From NCBI GenBank assembly GCA_964360585.1, contig CAYHXC010000008.1, positions 8 to 64,007 on the forward strand: a DNA stretch of 64,000 nt, read 5' to 3'. Each line of letters begins with the position of its first letter. The first letter of the stretch is position 1. Below the pieces are notes generated by a model. It saw only the letters and a program-made list of their open reading frames with translations, had not been told where the DNA came from and searched no databases. Of this stretch, positions 36,752-45,726 are shown in pieces. Source of the stretch: an uncultured Candidatus Saccharibacteria bacterium. GTDB lineage: Bacteria; Patescibacteriota; Minisyncoccia; UBA6257; 2-01-FULL-56-20. The position numbers and the translations under genes are program-made.

Positions 36752-37207
36752 ATGGCCAATGAGGAGTATAGGGTCTTATCAGTTGAAGACGACGAGTTCA
36801 TTACTCTTTTTCTGACCGATGTGATGTGGATTTTTGGCACAGCGGATAATATCAAGCTGATAAACGCAGCCACAACTGAAAAAGCGATGGAGATTGTGAA
36901 AAATCCAGTCCAAAAACCGCAGCTCATCTTGCTCGACCTAGCCTTGCCGGAAAAAACCGGAGACCCATCCGATCCGGAGCACGGCTTTCGATTTTTGGAA
37001 CTTTTGAAAACTGACCCGGCACTCATAGATATAAAAGTGTTAGTTTTTGCCGGATCAACTGATCCTCAGTACAAAAAACGAGCACTGCGTTTGGGAGCGG
37101 ATAAATTTTTAGTGAAGGGTGACTATTTACCCAAGGAGCTGATCGAGGTGGTCAGAGAAGCTTTATATATAACCCCCGCTTCCTCCGCGTTTCCTCCACA
37201 GGGTTAA
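36752..37207 (+). CDS. Single-domain response regulator
   Basis: VEDD, LILLDLALP, LGADKFLVK. Confidence 0.9.
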   Translation: MANEEYRVLSVEDDEFITLFLTDVMWIFGTADNIKLINAATTEKAMEIVKNPVQKPQLILLDLALPEKTGDPSDPEHGFRFLELLKTDPALIDIKVLVFAGSTDPQYKKRALRLGADKFLVKGDYLPKELIEVVREALYITPASSAFPPQG

Positions 37208-37327
37208 CATTTACAGTTGGAGTTTTTTAGGTCTCATTCCGGCCCAGGTTTCCCTTGCGTCCTTGTTTTGATTAATTACTAGAAACTCGTATACTACGGG
37301 AAGCAATTTCACACGGGGAGGAACTGA

Positions 37328-38683
37328 ATGTCGAAGAAGGTATTCACTGTAGACACAAGCCCGATCATCCACGATCCGCGGTCGCTCCGGAATTTTCAAG
37401 ACAATGTTGTAGTGATTCCGTATTGGGTGATCCAGGAGCTCGATGGCTTGAAGGAGGCAGAAAACGGACGGGGGTTCGCTGCTCGCGAGGCTATACGTTT
37501 TCTTCGCTCACTGGTGGGCCAGTATGGTTCATTGGAAAAGGGCGTGCCTCTTGAAGGGGGTGGGGAGTTATTTGTTAGTCGAGATATGGCTAACATTCGT
37601 AAAAAGATTAAGGGTCTTCCTGATACGATAGATAATCGTATCGTGGCTACCGCTTTGTTCTGGCATATAGCAGAGGAGAGAAGGCCAGCAAGAGAGCGTC
37701 GACCGGTCATTCTCGTCACGAAAGACGGGACAATGGCGATAACTGCTGATACCTGCGGCCTCAAGGTGCAGGACTACCTGACAGATCGGGGTATTCTTTC
37801 CGCTTCCGACTTGCCGACAGGACATATCGAGATTCCGTTTACGGGTGATCGGGGGACTCTTTCCAAGTTTTTCAAGGAGGGGAAGATTCCTGAATCGTTT
37901 ATCCATCCGATCATTGGCGACGATGTGCCGACTAACACCTGCATCTCGTTGACGTTCGAGGATGGCCGAGGCATTCACGGCATTTGGAAAGGTGACTACT
38001 TTTCTGTTGTTTCCCACAAAGCCAAATCGGCTGGGGGCCAACTCAATCTTCGCCAGGCATTTGCCGAAGCGCTGATATGTTCCCCAGAGATTTCCATTGT
38101 GGCTCTCGCTGGTCAAGCGGGCACGGGGAAGACTTTTTCTGCTTTGGTTGCTGGACTGAAACATCTGCAGAGTCAGTTTCAGCATATCACCGTATATCGA
38201 CCGAACATTCCCCTCGGCAAGGATCTGGGCTACCTGCCGGGTAATCTCGATGAGAAGTTTGCCCCTTGGATGAGGCCGATCGTCGACAATCTCGAGTCGA
38301 TTTTCGAAATTTTTCGCGCAGAGTCATGGTGTCGTCAGTTGCAGGATAAAGACCCTTATCAGTTGATCAGAGATAGCGTTGTCGAGGTTTCTCCGATCAA
38401 CTTCATTCGAGGAAGAAGCATTGCCCACAGTCTGGTTATTGTTGATGAGTGTCAGAATCTCACGCCTCATGAGGTGAAGACCATCATCAGTCGAGCGGCC
38501 GCCGGCACGAAGATTGTTCTAACTGGCGATCTGGGACAAATCGACAATCCTTTCCTTGATCCCTTAACCAATGGGCTCGCCCATGTAATCAAGAAGCTGC
38601 ATGGGATGGAAGATTTTGGCCACGTTCTTCTCACTGAGGGAGAGCGGTCAAAGTTGGCTGATCTAGCAGCGCGTTATCTCTAG
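37328..38683 (+). CDS. PIN-PhoH ATPase (PhoH2/YlaK-like)
   Basis: VDTS...ELD...DNRI...TKD PIN residues; GQAGTGKT; GYLPG; IRGRS; DECQN; GDLGQID. Confidence 0.93.
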   Translation: MSKKVFTVDTSPIIHDPRSLRNFQDNVVVIPYWVIQELDGLKEAENGRGFAAREAIRFLRSLVGQYGSLEKGVPLEGGGELFVSRDMANIRKKIKGLPDTIDNRIVATALFWHIAEERRPARERRPVILVTKDGTMAITADTCGLKVQDYLTDRGILSASDLPTGHIEIPFTGDRGTLSKFFKEGKIPESFIHPIIGDDVPTNTCISLTFEDGRGIHGIWKGDYFSVVSHKAKSAGGQLNLRQAFAEALICSPEISIVALAGQAGTGKTFSALVAGLKHLQSQFQHITVYRPNIPLGKDLGYLPGNLDEKFAPWMRPIVDNLESIFEIFRAESWCRQLQDKDPYQLIRDSVVEVSPINFIRGRSIAHSLVIVDECQNLTPHEVKTIISRAAAGTKIVLTGDLGQIDNPFLDPLTNGLAHVIKKLHGMEDFGHVLLTEGERSKLADLAARYL

Positions 38684-38771
38684 CCGAATCTTTCGATTCG
38701 GTTTTTTTATTAGCACAGTAATACTCCAGGCGTAAGCCCGTGGAGAATCATTCCTCCCGTATGAGTTTCTA

Positions 38772-39242
38772 CTACAGTTCGTGATGTAGTCCGAAGAGTT
38801 TTTCTCCTGACGATTGCCAGCGTTCGTAAAGATGGCGGGCGCTCATGATATATACAGCCGCAGTGATGATAAAAGCAGAGTAACTAGGAGCGATAGACAT
38901 GCCGATATTTGTGCCGGCTAAACCGACGATCCCAAGATTCAGGCCGGAGGCGACGCTGATAAAGAAAGCGGCAGTATCGGCTGTTTCATTTTTGCCAAAT
39001 AATTTTTTGCCGTGTTCCATCCAGCGATAAAGGAGGTAGAGGGAAGCAAGGCCGGAAGTGATCCAGGTCAGTTTGAGAATAGTACCAATAAACCCAGAGA
39101 GAGCGGGGACTCGAATAAAAAACCGGAGAACTGGTGTGCCGCCAAGAAGAAGGGCCACTGCCGCAATCAAAAGCCGCACTTCTGACCAAAGAAAACTGTA
39201 TCGTTCGAGAGTATCCGGATGGGTGTGCTTACTTATATCCAT
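38772..39242 (-). CDS. Hypothetical membrane protein
   Basis: Four TM segments; TATACT 6 nt before ATG. Confidence 0.8.
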   Translation of the reverse strand: MDISKHTHPDTLERYSFLWSEVRLLIAAVALLLGGTPVLRFFIRVPALSGFIGTILKLTWITSGLASLYLLYRWMEHGKKLFGKNETADTAAFFISVASGLNLGIVGLAGTNIGMSIAPSYSAFIITAAVYIMSARHLYERWQSSGEKLFGLHHEL

Positions 39243-39333
39243 GGAAATAGTATAGCATTTTCAGAGGTCCTATTTGACTATAGGAGGAAATTCTGGTATT
39301 TCTAGTTCTAGAAACTCGAAGGGAGATTTTCAA

Positions 39334-39699
39334 ATGGTGCACGTTGTTGGTTTGGTTTCACTGCTTCTTCTCATTTCGCTTACACCCCAGAAGATGGAAG
39401 AGCCGAGGTTCGATGACCCAAAGATTCAGGCGACCGCCACGCTCATCAATCTCACACTCCTCAATCACTATCGGCGCACGGGGGATATGATCGAGTGCGA
39501 TGGGTCGATTCGCTGTGAATGTCTGATGCGGGTCAGGTTCGAAAAGGGTTTGATTGTTCAGATCAATAAAATATCCGACAGCGCGTTGGTCAGTCAGTGG
39601 CGCATCATGATATACAATCCGGCCGCCAAGAAGGCCGGAGTGTATTTCTTCAATCACTTCAAAATAGATCCTCGCAGTCTCAAGCCTGGCGGTTTATAA
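39334..39699 (+). CDS. Hypothetical exported protein, single-gene cassette
   Basis: TTGACT promoter, SD GGGAG, hydrophobic N-terminus, terminator. Confidence 0.65.
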   Translation: MVHVVGLVSLLLLISLTPQKMEEPRFDDPKIQATATLINLTLLNHYRRTGDMIECDGSIRCECLMRVRFEKGLIVQINKISDSALVSQWRIMIYNPAAKKAGVYFFNHFKIDPRSLKPGGL

Positions 39700-39994
39700 C
39701 CGCTAGGCTTTTTTATATGCAAAAGTCCCCTGTCAAAACCATGAGCGTCAGCCCGTGGATACGGGGCATATCCGCCTGTCATTGCGATCCGTCATCCGCC
39801 AACTGGCTGGAGGCGGAGAAGCAATCTCGATTGCCACGTTCCGTTTCGTCAGAGTTTTCAGCGAGACGGGTTGCTTCCCCTCCCTCCCCATGACATGGGG
39901 ACGAGGGCAGCTTGATCTCCAGTGATGCTACGGACGGAAACCGGGAAAGAATCACTGTATCAAAGAAAGATGCGGGTATTGTATAATAGTACGC

Positions 39995-40426
39995 ATACCA
40001 AACAGAACTATATTTTTCGTCATCGGCGTGGTCGTTCTTGGATTAGTACTTTGGGTGCTCAATATAAATCAAAATTCGATCACGCCAACCCCGATGGGAA
40101 GCACTGGAGAAAGTTCAACCACACCACTTCCTTCCGATCAACCAGAAATGAATGGAGGAGCATCTTCATCATCAATGGGCGGCACAACCAAAGTCTACAC
40201 GTTGACTGATGTCACAATGCATAAAGATGCAACGAGTTGTTGGAGCGCGGTGAACGGCAGCGTCTATGATCTCACCAACTGGATCTCGAAACATCCAGGC
40301 GGCGAACAGGCCATTATCAGTCTCTGCGGTAAAGACGGTTCAGCTATCTTTAACGGCAAGCACGGCGACATGCAAAAACAAGCTGATATTTTAGCCACCT
40401 TCAAGATCGGCACACTCGCTAACTAG
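39995..40426 (+). CDS. Membrane-anchored cytochrome b5-like heme-binding protein
   Basis: CWSAVNGSVYDLT, HPGG, CGKDGS, H; start ATA at 39995 or GTG at 40028. Confidence 0.88.
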   Translation: MPNRTIFFVIGVVVLGLVLWVLNINQNSITPTPMGSTGESSTTPLPSDQPEMNGGASSSSMGGTTKVYTLTDVTMHKDATSCWSAVNGSVYDLTNWISKHPGGEQAIISLCGKDGSAIFNGKHGDMQKQADILATFKIGTLAN

Positions 40427-40427
40427 C

Positions 40428-40826
40428 ATGGATCAAAAACTTTCGCCATACGCGCCGATCCTTCTCCGCTTCACGCTTGTCCTGGTCTATGCCTATTTCG
40501 GCATTTCTCAATTGACAAATCCAGAAGCATGGACCAGTCTCGTGCCCTCATGGGCTTCGGAATTGACCGGATTAAGTCCCACACTTTTGGTGTATAGCAA
40601 TGCCAGCTTCGAAGTCGTCGCCAGCCTTCTTCTCCTTCTTGGAATCTTTGTTCGCCCCGTGGCTCTTCTTCTTTTCGCTCACTTGATTGTGATCGCCTCT
40701 GGTTTTGGTCTTAGTCCCACTGGTGTTCGCGATTTTGGTTTGAGCTTCTCGACACTTGCCCTCGCCTTTTTCGGACAAGACAAATGGTGTCTCTACCCTA
40801 AAAACACAAATGCCTCTCGGGTCTAG
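40428..40826 (+). CDS. DoxX family membrane protein
   Basis: LLRFTL...FGISQL, FEVV, VRDFGL. Confidence 0.8.
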   Translation: MDQKLSPYAPILLRFTLVLVYAYFGISQLTNPEAWTSLVPSWASELTGLSPTLLVYSNASFEVVASLLLLLGIFVRPVALLLFAHLIVIASGFGLSPTGVRDFGLSFSTLALAFFGQDKWCLYPKNTNASRV

Positions 40827-41376
40827 CAAGCAGATTGTTGTCGCTGTTTGTATTATTCTCCTTGTTGCTGGAATTCTTTTCGCTATGGGCCGCACGCCTT
40901 GGTACAAGTACGGAGGTCCAGGCTTATGGTCCGGTGACACAACAAGCGATCAAAACTCACAACAGCTATTTGATCCCTACACGTTCACGCACATAATTCA
41001 TGGTATTGGTTTTTATTTTTTACTCTGGTTTTTCTTCCGCGAAAAACTCTCCCCCGGCGCGCGCTTCTTAATCGCTCTCGGGATTGAGGGCAGCTGGGAG
41101 ATTGTTGAAAACACCGACTTCGTCATCAACCGCTACCGCGAAGCCACCATCTCACTCGACTACTATGGTGACAGCATCCTGAATACAATCGGCGATATGT
41201 TGGCCTGTGTAGTTGGTTATTTTCTGGCCGCTCGTTTCTCAATCTGGGCAACGATCTCTTGCGTTCTTATTCTGGAACTTGCGCTTCTCTTTTGGATTAG
41301 AGACAATCTCATCCTCAACATTATCATGCTTATCTATCCCTTTCCGGGCATCAAAGTCTGGCAAGGCGGCGGATAA
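40810..41376 (+). CDS. DUF2585 family membrane protein
   Basis: MGR, NSQQLFDPYTFTHIIHG, WEIVENT, YYGDSILN, IRDNL. Confidence 0.88.
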   Translation: MPLGSSKQIVVAVCIILLVAGILFAMGRTPWYKYGGPGLWSGDTTSDQNSQQLFDPYTFTHIIHGIGFYFLLWFFFREKLSPGARFLIALGIEGSWEIVENTDFVINRYREATISLDYYGDSILNTIGDMLACVVGYFLAARFSIWATISCVLILELALLFWIRDNLILNIIMLIYPFPGIKVWQGGG

Positions 41377-41394
41377 GGAGTATAATCACCTCCT

Positions 41395-41976
41395 GTGGAA
41401 ATCAAACGACCAGAACCAAAACAGCCCACTCCGCCACACGCCAAAAAAATTTTCGAAGGCATCATTTTTGACATCTACCAGTGGGAACAGGAAATGTACG
41501 ATGGCACCACTGCCACATTTGAACGACTGAAACGCCCAGATACTGTTGGTGTTATTCCCGTTCTCCCCGATGGAAAGATTGTGATCGCCGAAGAAGAACA
41601 ACCGGGTAAAAAAACTGCCACCACACTTCTCGGAGGAAGAGTGGAAGAAATCGAAGATCCTCTTGAAGCCGTTAAACGAGAGTTGTTGGAAGAATCTGGA
41701 TACGAAGGAGACTCATGGAATTTACTCCTGGCCATCCAGCCAGTTATTAAAATGGACTGGGCAATTTATACCTTCGTGGCTCGCGGCTGTCATAAAACGA
41801 GGGAGCAACATCTAGATAGTGGAGAAAAAATTAAACTCAAGACAGTATCCTTCGAAGAATTTACCGATCTCATTTCCAACGGGACAATCAATGACCCCGA
41901 TCTCAGAATAAAATTCCTCGAGGCCAAACTTGATCCGCAAAAAATGGCGGAACTGAAAAAAATAATATTAGATTAA
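41395..41976 (+). CDS. NUDIX hydrolase
   Basis: GGRVEEIEDPLEAVKRELLEESGY Nudix box. Confidence 0.92.
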   Translation: MEIKRPEPKQPTPPHAKKIFEGIIFDIYQWEQEMYDGTTATFERLKRPDTVGVIPVLPDGKIVIAEEEQPGKKTATTLLGGRVEEIEDPLEAVKRELLEESGYEGDSWNLLLAIQPVIKMDWAIYTFVARGCHKTREQHLDSGEKIKLKTVSFEEFTDLISNGTINDPDLRIKFLEAKLDPQKMAELKKIILD

Positions 41977-42011
41977 AAAACGCAAGGATTTTCTCCTTGC
42001 GTTTGAGTCCG

Positions 42012-42194
42012 TCAGTCAATTTCTTCGCCGGAGGCAATGCCTCCGAACGTCGAAACTCGTGCCAGGACTGGCAGGAGGACGATGAGGGCAAGAATATTCA
42101 GAGGGGTCATTGCCACCTCTACCACCCTATCCCACATCCCTTTTTCCCTCGGTTCCCACTTAGGGATCTTCTTTATCGCTGCAACCTTTGCCAT
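42012..42194 (-). CDS. 60-aa single-TM small protein
   Basis: TTGACA at 42260-42255 and SD AAGGAGGT before MAKV. Confidence 0.65.
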   Translation of the reverse strand: MAKVAAIKKIPKWEPREKGMWDRVVEVAMTPLNILALIVLLPVLARVSTFGGIASGEEID

Positions 42195-42278
42195 GGGGCA
42201 CCTCCTTTTATTATCGTGGCATTCTAAATGCATTAGACTGCTACAACATAACTTTGTCAATAGCTCTTCCGCACAGCC

Positions 42279-42356
42279 CTAGGAAGCGTGTTTGGCCTTA
42301 TTTAAATCGTTCAGAACCACCCGTATCCGTTCAACACTTTTATCCTCTAAAACTGA
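42279..42356 (-). pseudogene. Orphan duplicate of the obgE 3' end
   Basis: Translates SVLEDKSVERIRVVLNDLNKAKHAS*, versus TILEDKSVERVRVVLNDLNKAKHAV* in ObgE. Confidence 0.93.
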
Positions 42357-42377
42357 TCCTTGGCAGTAAGAACTTTT

Positions 42378-42419
42378 AAAAACTCTTCTTTCTCACGATC
42401 GTGAGAAAGAAGAGTTTTT
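42378..42419. repeat. 42-bp perfect palindrome
   Basis: AAAAACTCTTCTTTCTCACGA|TCGTGAGAAAGAAGAGTTTTT. Confidence 0.95.
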
Positions 42420-42456
42420 CTTTTAGACATATCTTTTCACTTTCGCCCACGAGAGG

Positions 42457-43422
42457 CTACACGGCGTGTTTTGCCTTATTCAGATCGTTTAAGACAACGC
42501 GAACCCGCTCCACACTCTTATCCTCCAAAATTGTGATCGCCTGGACTGGTCGATCAAGTTTGGCAAATTTTTTCATAATGCCCTCGAGCTGACTTTCCAT
42601 CACCGTATCCGCTCGACTGATAAAAATATACTCCGGCTTATGAAGAAGTTCTTCGTTATATGTTCCCAGCTCTTTTCTGATCGTTTCGTAATCTTTCAGG
42701 TGATCAAATGAATCGGCGGCAATAAAATGAAACAAGACATTGGTGCGTTCCACATGCCGCAAAAATTTTGTGCCTAATCCTTTTCCTTCCGAAGCGCCTT
42801 CAATTAATCCAGGAATATCCGCCAGAATCAGATCTTCGTAGACACCGAGGTTCGGCTCGAGCGTGGTGAAGGGATAGTTCGCCACACGCGCCTGTGATCG
42901 CGTGAGGACGTTTAACAAACTCGACTTCCCCACATTCGGCAAACCCACAAAACCGATATCAGCGATCAGTTTCAACTCCAGTCTGATCTCAAATTTCTCG
43001 CCCGGAGTGCCGAATTCAAACTCTTTGGGCGAGGTATTAATAGAAGACCGAAAATGAAAGTTGCCGCGCCCGCCTTTCCCGCCTCTTGCGAGAAGGATCA
43101 CTTCTCCAACTTTATTAATCTCTTTTAGACCGTGTGGAAAATGGATCACGGTGCCCACCGGTAGTTTTAAAATAAGTTCCTCGCCGCGCCGACCATCCAC
43201 AAACTGACCGCGCCCGTCTTTACCGCTTTTCGCCTTCACGTCTTTCGAAAATCGAAACTGACGTAAAGCGGCCAGATCGGACACTCCCTGGCCATAGATA
43301 CTGGCGCCATTGCCACCGCTCCCGCCGGCCGGTCCTAAGCTCATCAAGTTTTTATTGAACGCCACCGCGCCTTTTCCGCCATGACCGGCAGAAACGCGGA
43401 TAGTAATATCGTCAACCAACAT
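42457..43422 (-). CDS. obgE: GTPase ObgE/CgtA
   Basis: Gly-rich Obg domain; GLPNVGKS, NYPFTTLEPNLG, DIPGLIEGAS. Confidence 0.96.
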   Translation of the reverse strand: MLVDDITIRVSAGHGGKGAVAFNKNLMSLGPAGGSGGNGASIYGQGVSDLAALRQFRFSKDVKAKSGKDGRGQFVDGRRGEELILKLPVGTVIHFPHGLKEINKVGEVILLARGGKGGRGNFHFRSSINTSPKEFEFGTPGEKFEIRLELKLIADIGFVGLPNVGKSSLLNVLTRSQARVANYPFTTLEPNLGVYEDLILADIPGLIEGASEGKGLGTKFLRHVERTNVLFHFIAADSFDHLKDYETIRKELGTYNEELLHKPEYIFISRADTVMESQLEGIMKKFAKLDRPVQAITILEDKSVERVRVVLNDLNKAKHAV

Positions 43423-43492
43423 ACCACCATTATACGCTAAGAGATGACAAATGAAGACTCGTGAAGAGTTTTAACGAAAAATTTAAAATTCC

Positions 43493-43645
43493 TTAGTGGC
43501 TGCCTTGCTGTTCGGAAACAGACTCTTCTTCCAAGAAATCCGTCACTCGGGCGAGCTCGCCGCAATGATGGACTTTGTTTAGATTCGGAAGCTTGGCTTC
43601 GGAGAAACTAGAATCGCAGTTCTTACAGTAATACTTCGTGGTCAT
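43493..43645 (-). CDS. Small zinc-ribbon-like protein, 50 aa
   Basis: YYCKNC...HHCGELA. Confidence 0.55.
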   Translation of the reverse strand: MTTKYYCKNCDSSFSEAKLPNLNKVHHCGELARVTDFLEEESVSEQQGSH

Positions 43646-43738
43646 TGGCGGAAAATCAGGATTTTTAATTGAAACCTCTATTATGTTTCCACTTAGTATA
43701 TTTATATAGTAAGCTAAAGGCAAACAAATTATCCACAT

Positions 43739-44089
43739 ATGCTCGGACGATTATTCAAAAGTTTTCAGTATGCCGCGCGAGGACTTCGCTATGTTTTCCG
43801 AGAAGAAGAAAACTTCTACCTTCAGGTCTACGCCGCCGGATTGGTTATTGCAGCCGGCTGGATTTTGGACATTACGAGGACAGATTGGCTTTTTCTTATT
43901 TTCGCCATCGTTCTTGTCCTCGGTTCGGAAATTTTAAATACTATTCTCGAAGATGTCGCAAATGAACTTCAGCCCAATCATCATCCCCTCGTTGGGAAAG
44001 CGAAAGACATGATGGCCGCCTTCGTTTTACTCTCGGCCATGGCGGCATTTCTGATCGGCTGTTTCATCTTCCTTCCGCTCATTTTTTAA
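43739..44089 (+). CDS. dgkA: Diacylglycerol/undecaprenol kinase family
   Basis: SFQYAARGL, EENF, EILNTILE, AKDMMA. Confidence 0.88.
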   Translation: MLGRLFKSFQYAARGLRYVFREEENFYLQVYAAGLVIAAGWILDITRTDWLFLIFAIVLVLGSEILNTILEDVANELQPNHHPLVGKAKDMMAAFVLLSAMAAFLIGCFIFLPLIF

Positions 44090-44105
44090 GGTAGTATCAT
44101 ACTCA

Positions 44106-45677
44106 ATGAAACGAAGAATGAATCATCTTTTGAACTTGATTCGCAACGCCTCGCGACGCCAGATTGTTCTTTCTGGTGGCATCCTGATCATCGTCCTCGT
44201 CTACTTCTTTTTCTTCACCGGATCGGAACCAAAAAGAACTCTCGTTCAAGTGGAGCGCGGCACGGTGACACAGGAACTCAAAGTAACGGGTGTTACAAAA
44301 CCACTCGAAAGCGTAACCCTCGCCTTCGAAGAAAGCGGGAAAATAACTGGCGTCACTGTGGCCGTCGGGAGCCGAGTTGGCGCCGGCCAGACGCTAGCTT
44401 ATTTAAATCAGGGACAGTTACTGGCCCAGTTGGCCCAACAACAAGCGGCGGTGCAAAGCGAAGAGGCGAAATTGGAGGAGATGCAAAAGGGTTCGCGCCC
44501 GGAAGAAGTCAGCATCAAACAAGCGGCTCTTAACAAAGCCAACCAAGATCTCACGAATGAATATCAGAGTGTCGCGAATGTCTTGAATGACGCCTATATT
44601 AAAGCGGACAACGCGATACGCAATGATCTCGACAATCTCTTTACGAATGACGAAGCAATCAACGTCAAATTAAGTTTTGTATCGAACAACTCCCAGCTCA
44701 CAAGTAATTTGGAGAATGATCGCCATACCGCTTCAGGATATTTAAATATCTGGAAAAAAGAACTGGAAAACATGTCTAACGATCAGGCAACCGTGGATAC
44801 TGCTCTCTTAAAATCAACAACCTATCTTTCTTTTTTTAGAACATTCATTGCCGATCTTTCAACAGCGTTAGACGCGGCGCCAAACTTGGTAGCTGCAACG
44901 ATCGCTAGTTATAAAAGCAGTGTGGCAACCGCGAGAACTGATGCCAATACCGCCCTGACGAATGTGAACGGCGCCGCGCAAGATATCGCTGCCCAAAAAC
45001 TGGTGGTGAAACAAAGCGAAGCTGACTTGAATCAAGTTCTGGCCGGCAATACGCCGGAGAGCATCAAGTCGCAGACGGCCAAGCTAAAGGAAGCTGAAGC
45101 GCGCGTTCAAGGAACCCAAGCGCAAATTGAAAAAATAATTCTCCGCGCCCCCTTTAGCGGCGTCGTCACAAAGCAAGACGCCAAAGTTGGCGAGATCGCC
45201 TCACCGAACACCCCGGTCATCTCCTTGATCTCCGAAGGCAAACTGGAAATCGAAGCCAACATCTCCGAAGTGGATGTTGGAAAAGTGGCTGTTGGCAATC
45301 CGACAAGCATTACCATTGACGCCTTCCCCGGCGAAACATTTACCGGCAAAGTTAGCTATGTTGATCCAGCCGAAACCGTCGTTGACGGCGTCACCAACTT
45401 CAAAACAAAAATTGTCTTCGATACAAAAGATACCCGCCTGAAGAGCGGCCTCACTGTAAACCTCACTATCGAAACGCTCAAGAAAGAAGGGGTCTTAACC
45501 CTGCCGCAGTTCACGCTGATCGAGAAAGATGGAAAAACATACGTTGAAAAAACGATTGGCGAAACAATCACCTCGACCTTGGTGACAATCGGCATCCGCG
45601 GTCAAGGCGGCGTAGTGGAAATCCTTTCCGGCGTGAGCGAAGGAGAAAGTGTCTTGGGTGAAACGGAAACGCCGTAA
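44106..45677 (+). CDS. Efflux/ABC periplasmic adaptor (HlyD/MacA-like) with long coiled coil
   Basis: LAFEESGKI, LRAPFSGVV, ISEVDVGKV, GKVSYVDP. Confidence 0.88.
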   Translation: MKRRMNHLLNLIRNASRRQIVLSGGILIIVLVYFFFFTGSEPKRTLVQVERGTVTQELKVTGVTKPLESVTLAFEESGKITGVTVAVGSRVGAGQTLAYLNQGQLLAQLAQQQAAVQSEEAKLEEMQKGSRPEEVSIKQAALNKANQDLTNEYQSVANVLNDAYIKADNAIRNDLDNLFTNDEAINVKLSFVSNNSQLTSNLENDRHTASGYLNIWKKELENMSNDQATVDTALLKSTTYLSFFRTFIADLSTALDAAPNLVAATIASYKSSVATARTDANTALTNVNGAAQDIAAQKLVVKQSEADLNQVLAGNTPESIKSQTAKLKEAEARVQGTQAQIEKIILRAPFSGVVTKQDAKVGEIASPNTPVISLISEGKLEIEANISEVDVGKVAVGNPTSITIDAFPGETFTGKVSYVDPAETVVDGVTNFKTKIVFDTKDTRLKSGLTVNLTIETLKKEGVLTLPQFTLIEKDGKTYVEKTIGETITSTLVTIGIRGQGGVVEILSGVSEGESVLGETETP

Positions 45678-45726
45678 TCAACTCCGTCATTTGTGAAGGC
45701 CTCCCCGGGTCTGCTAGAATACCTCC

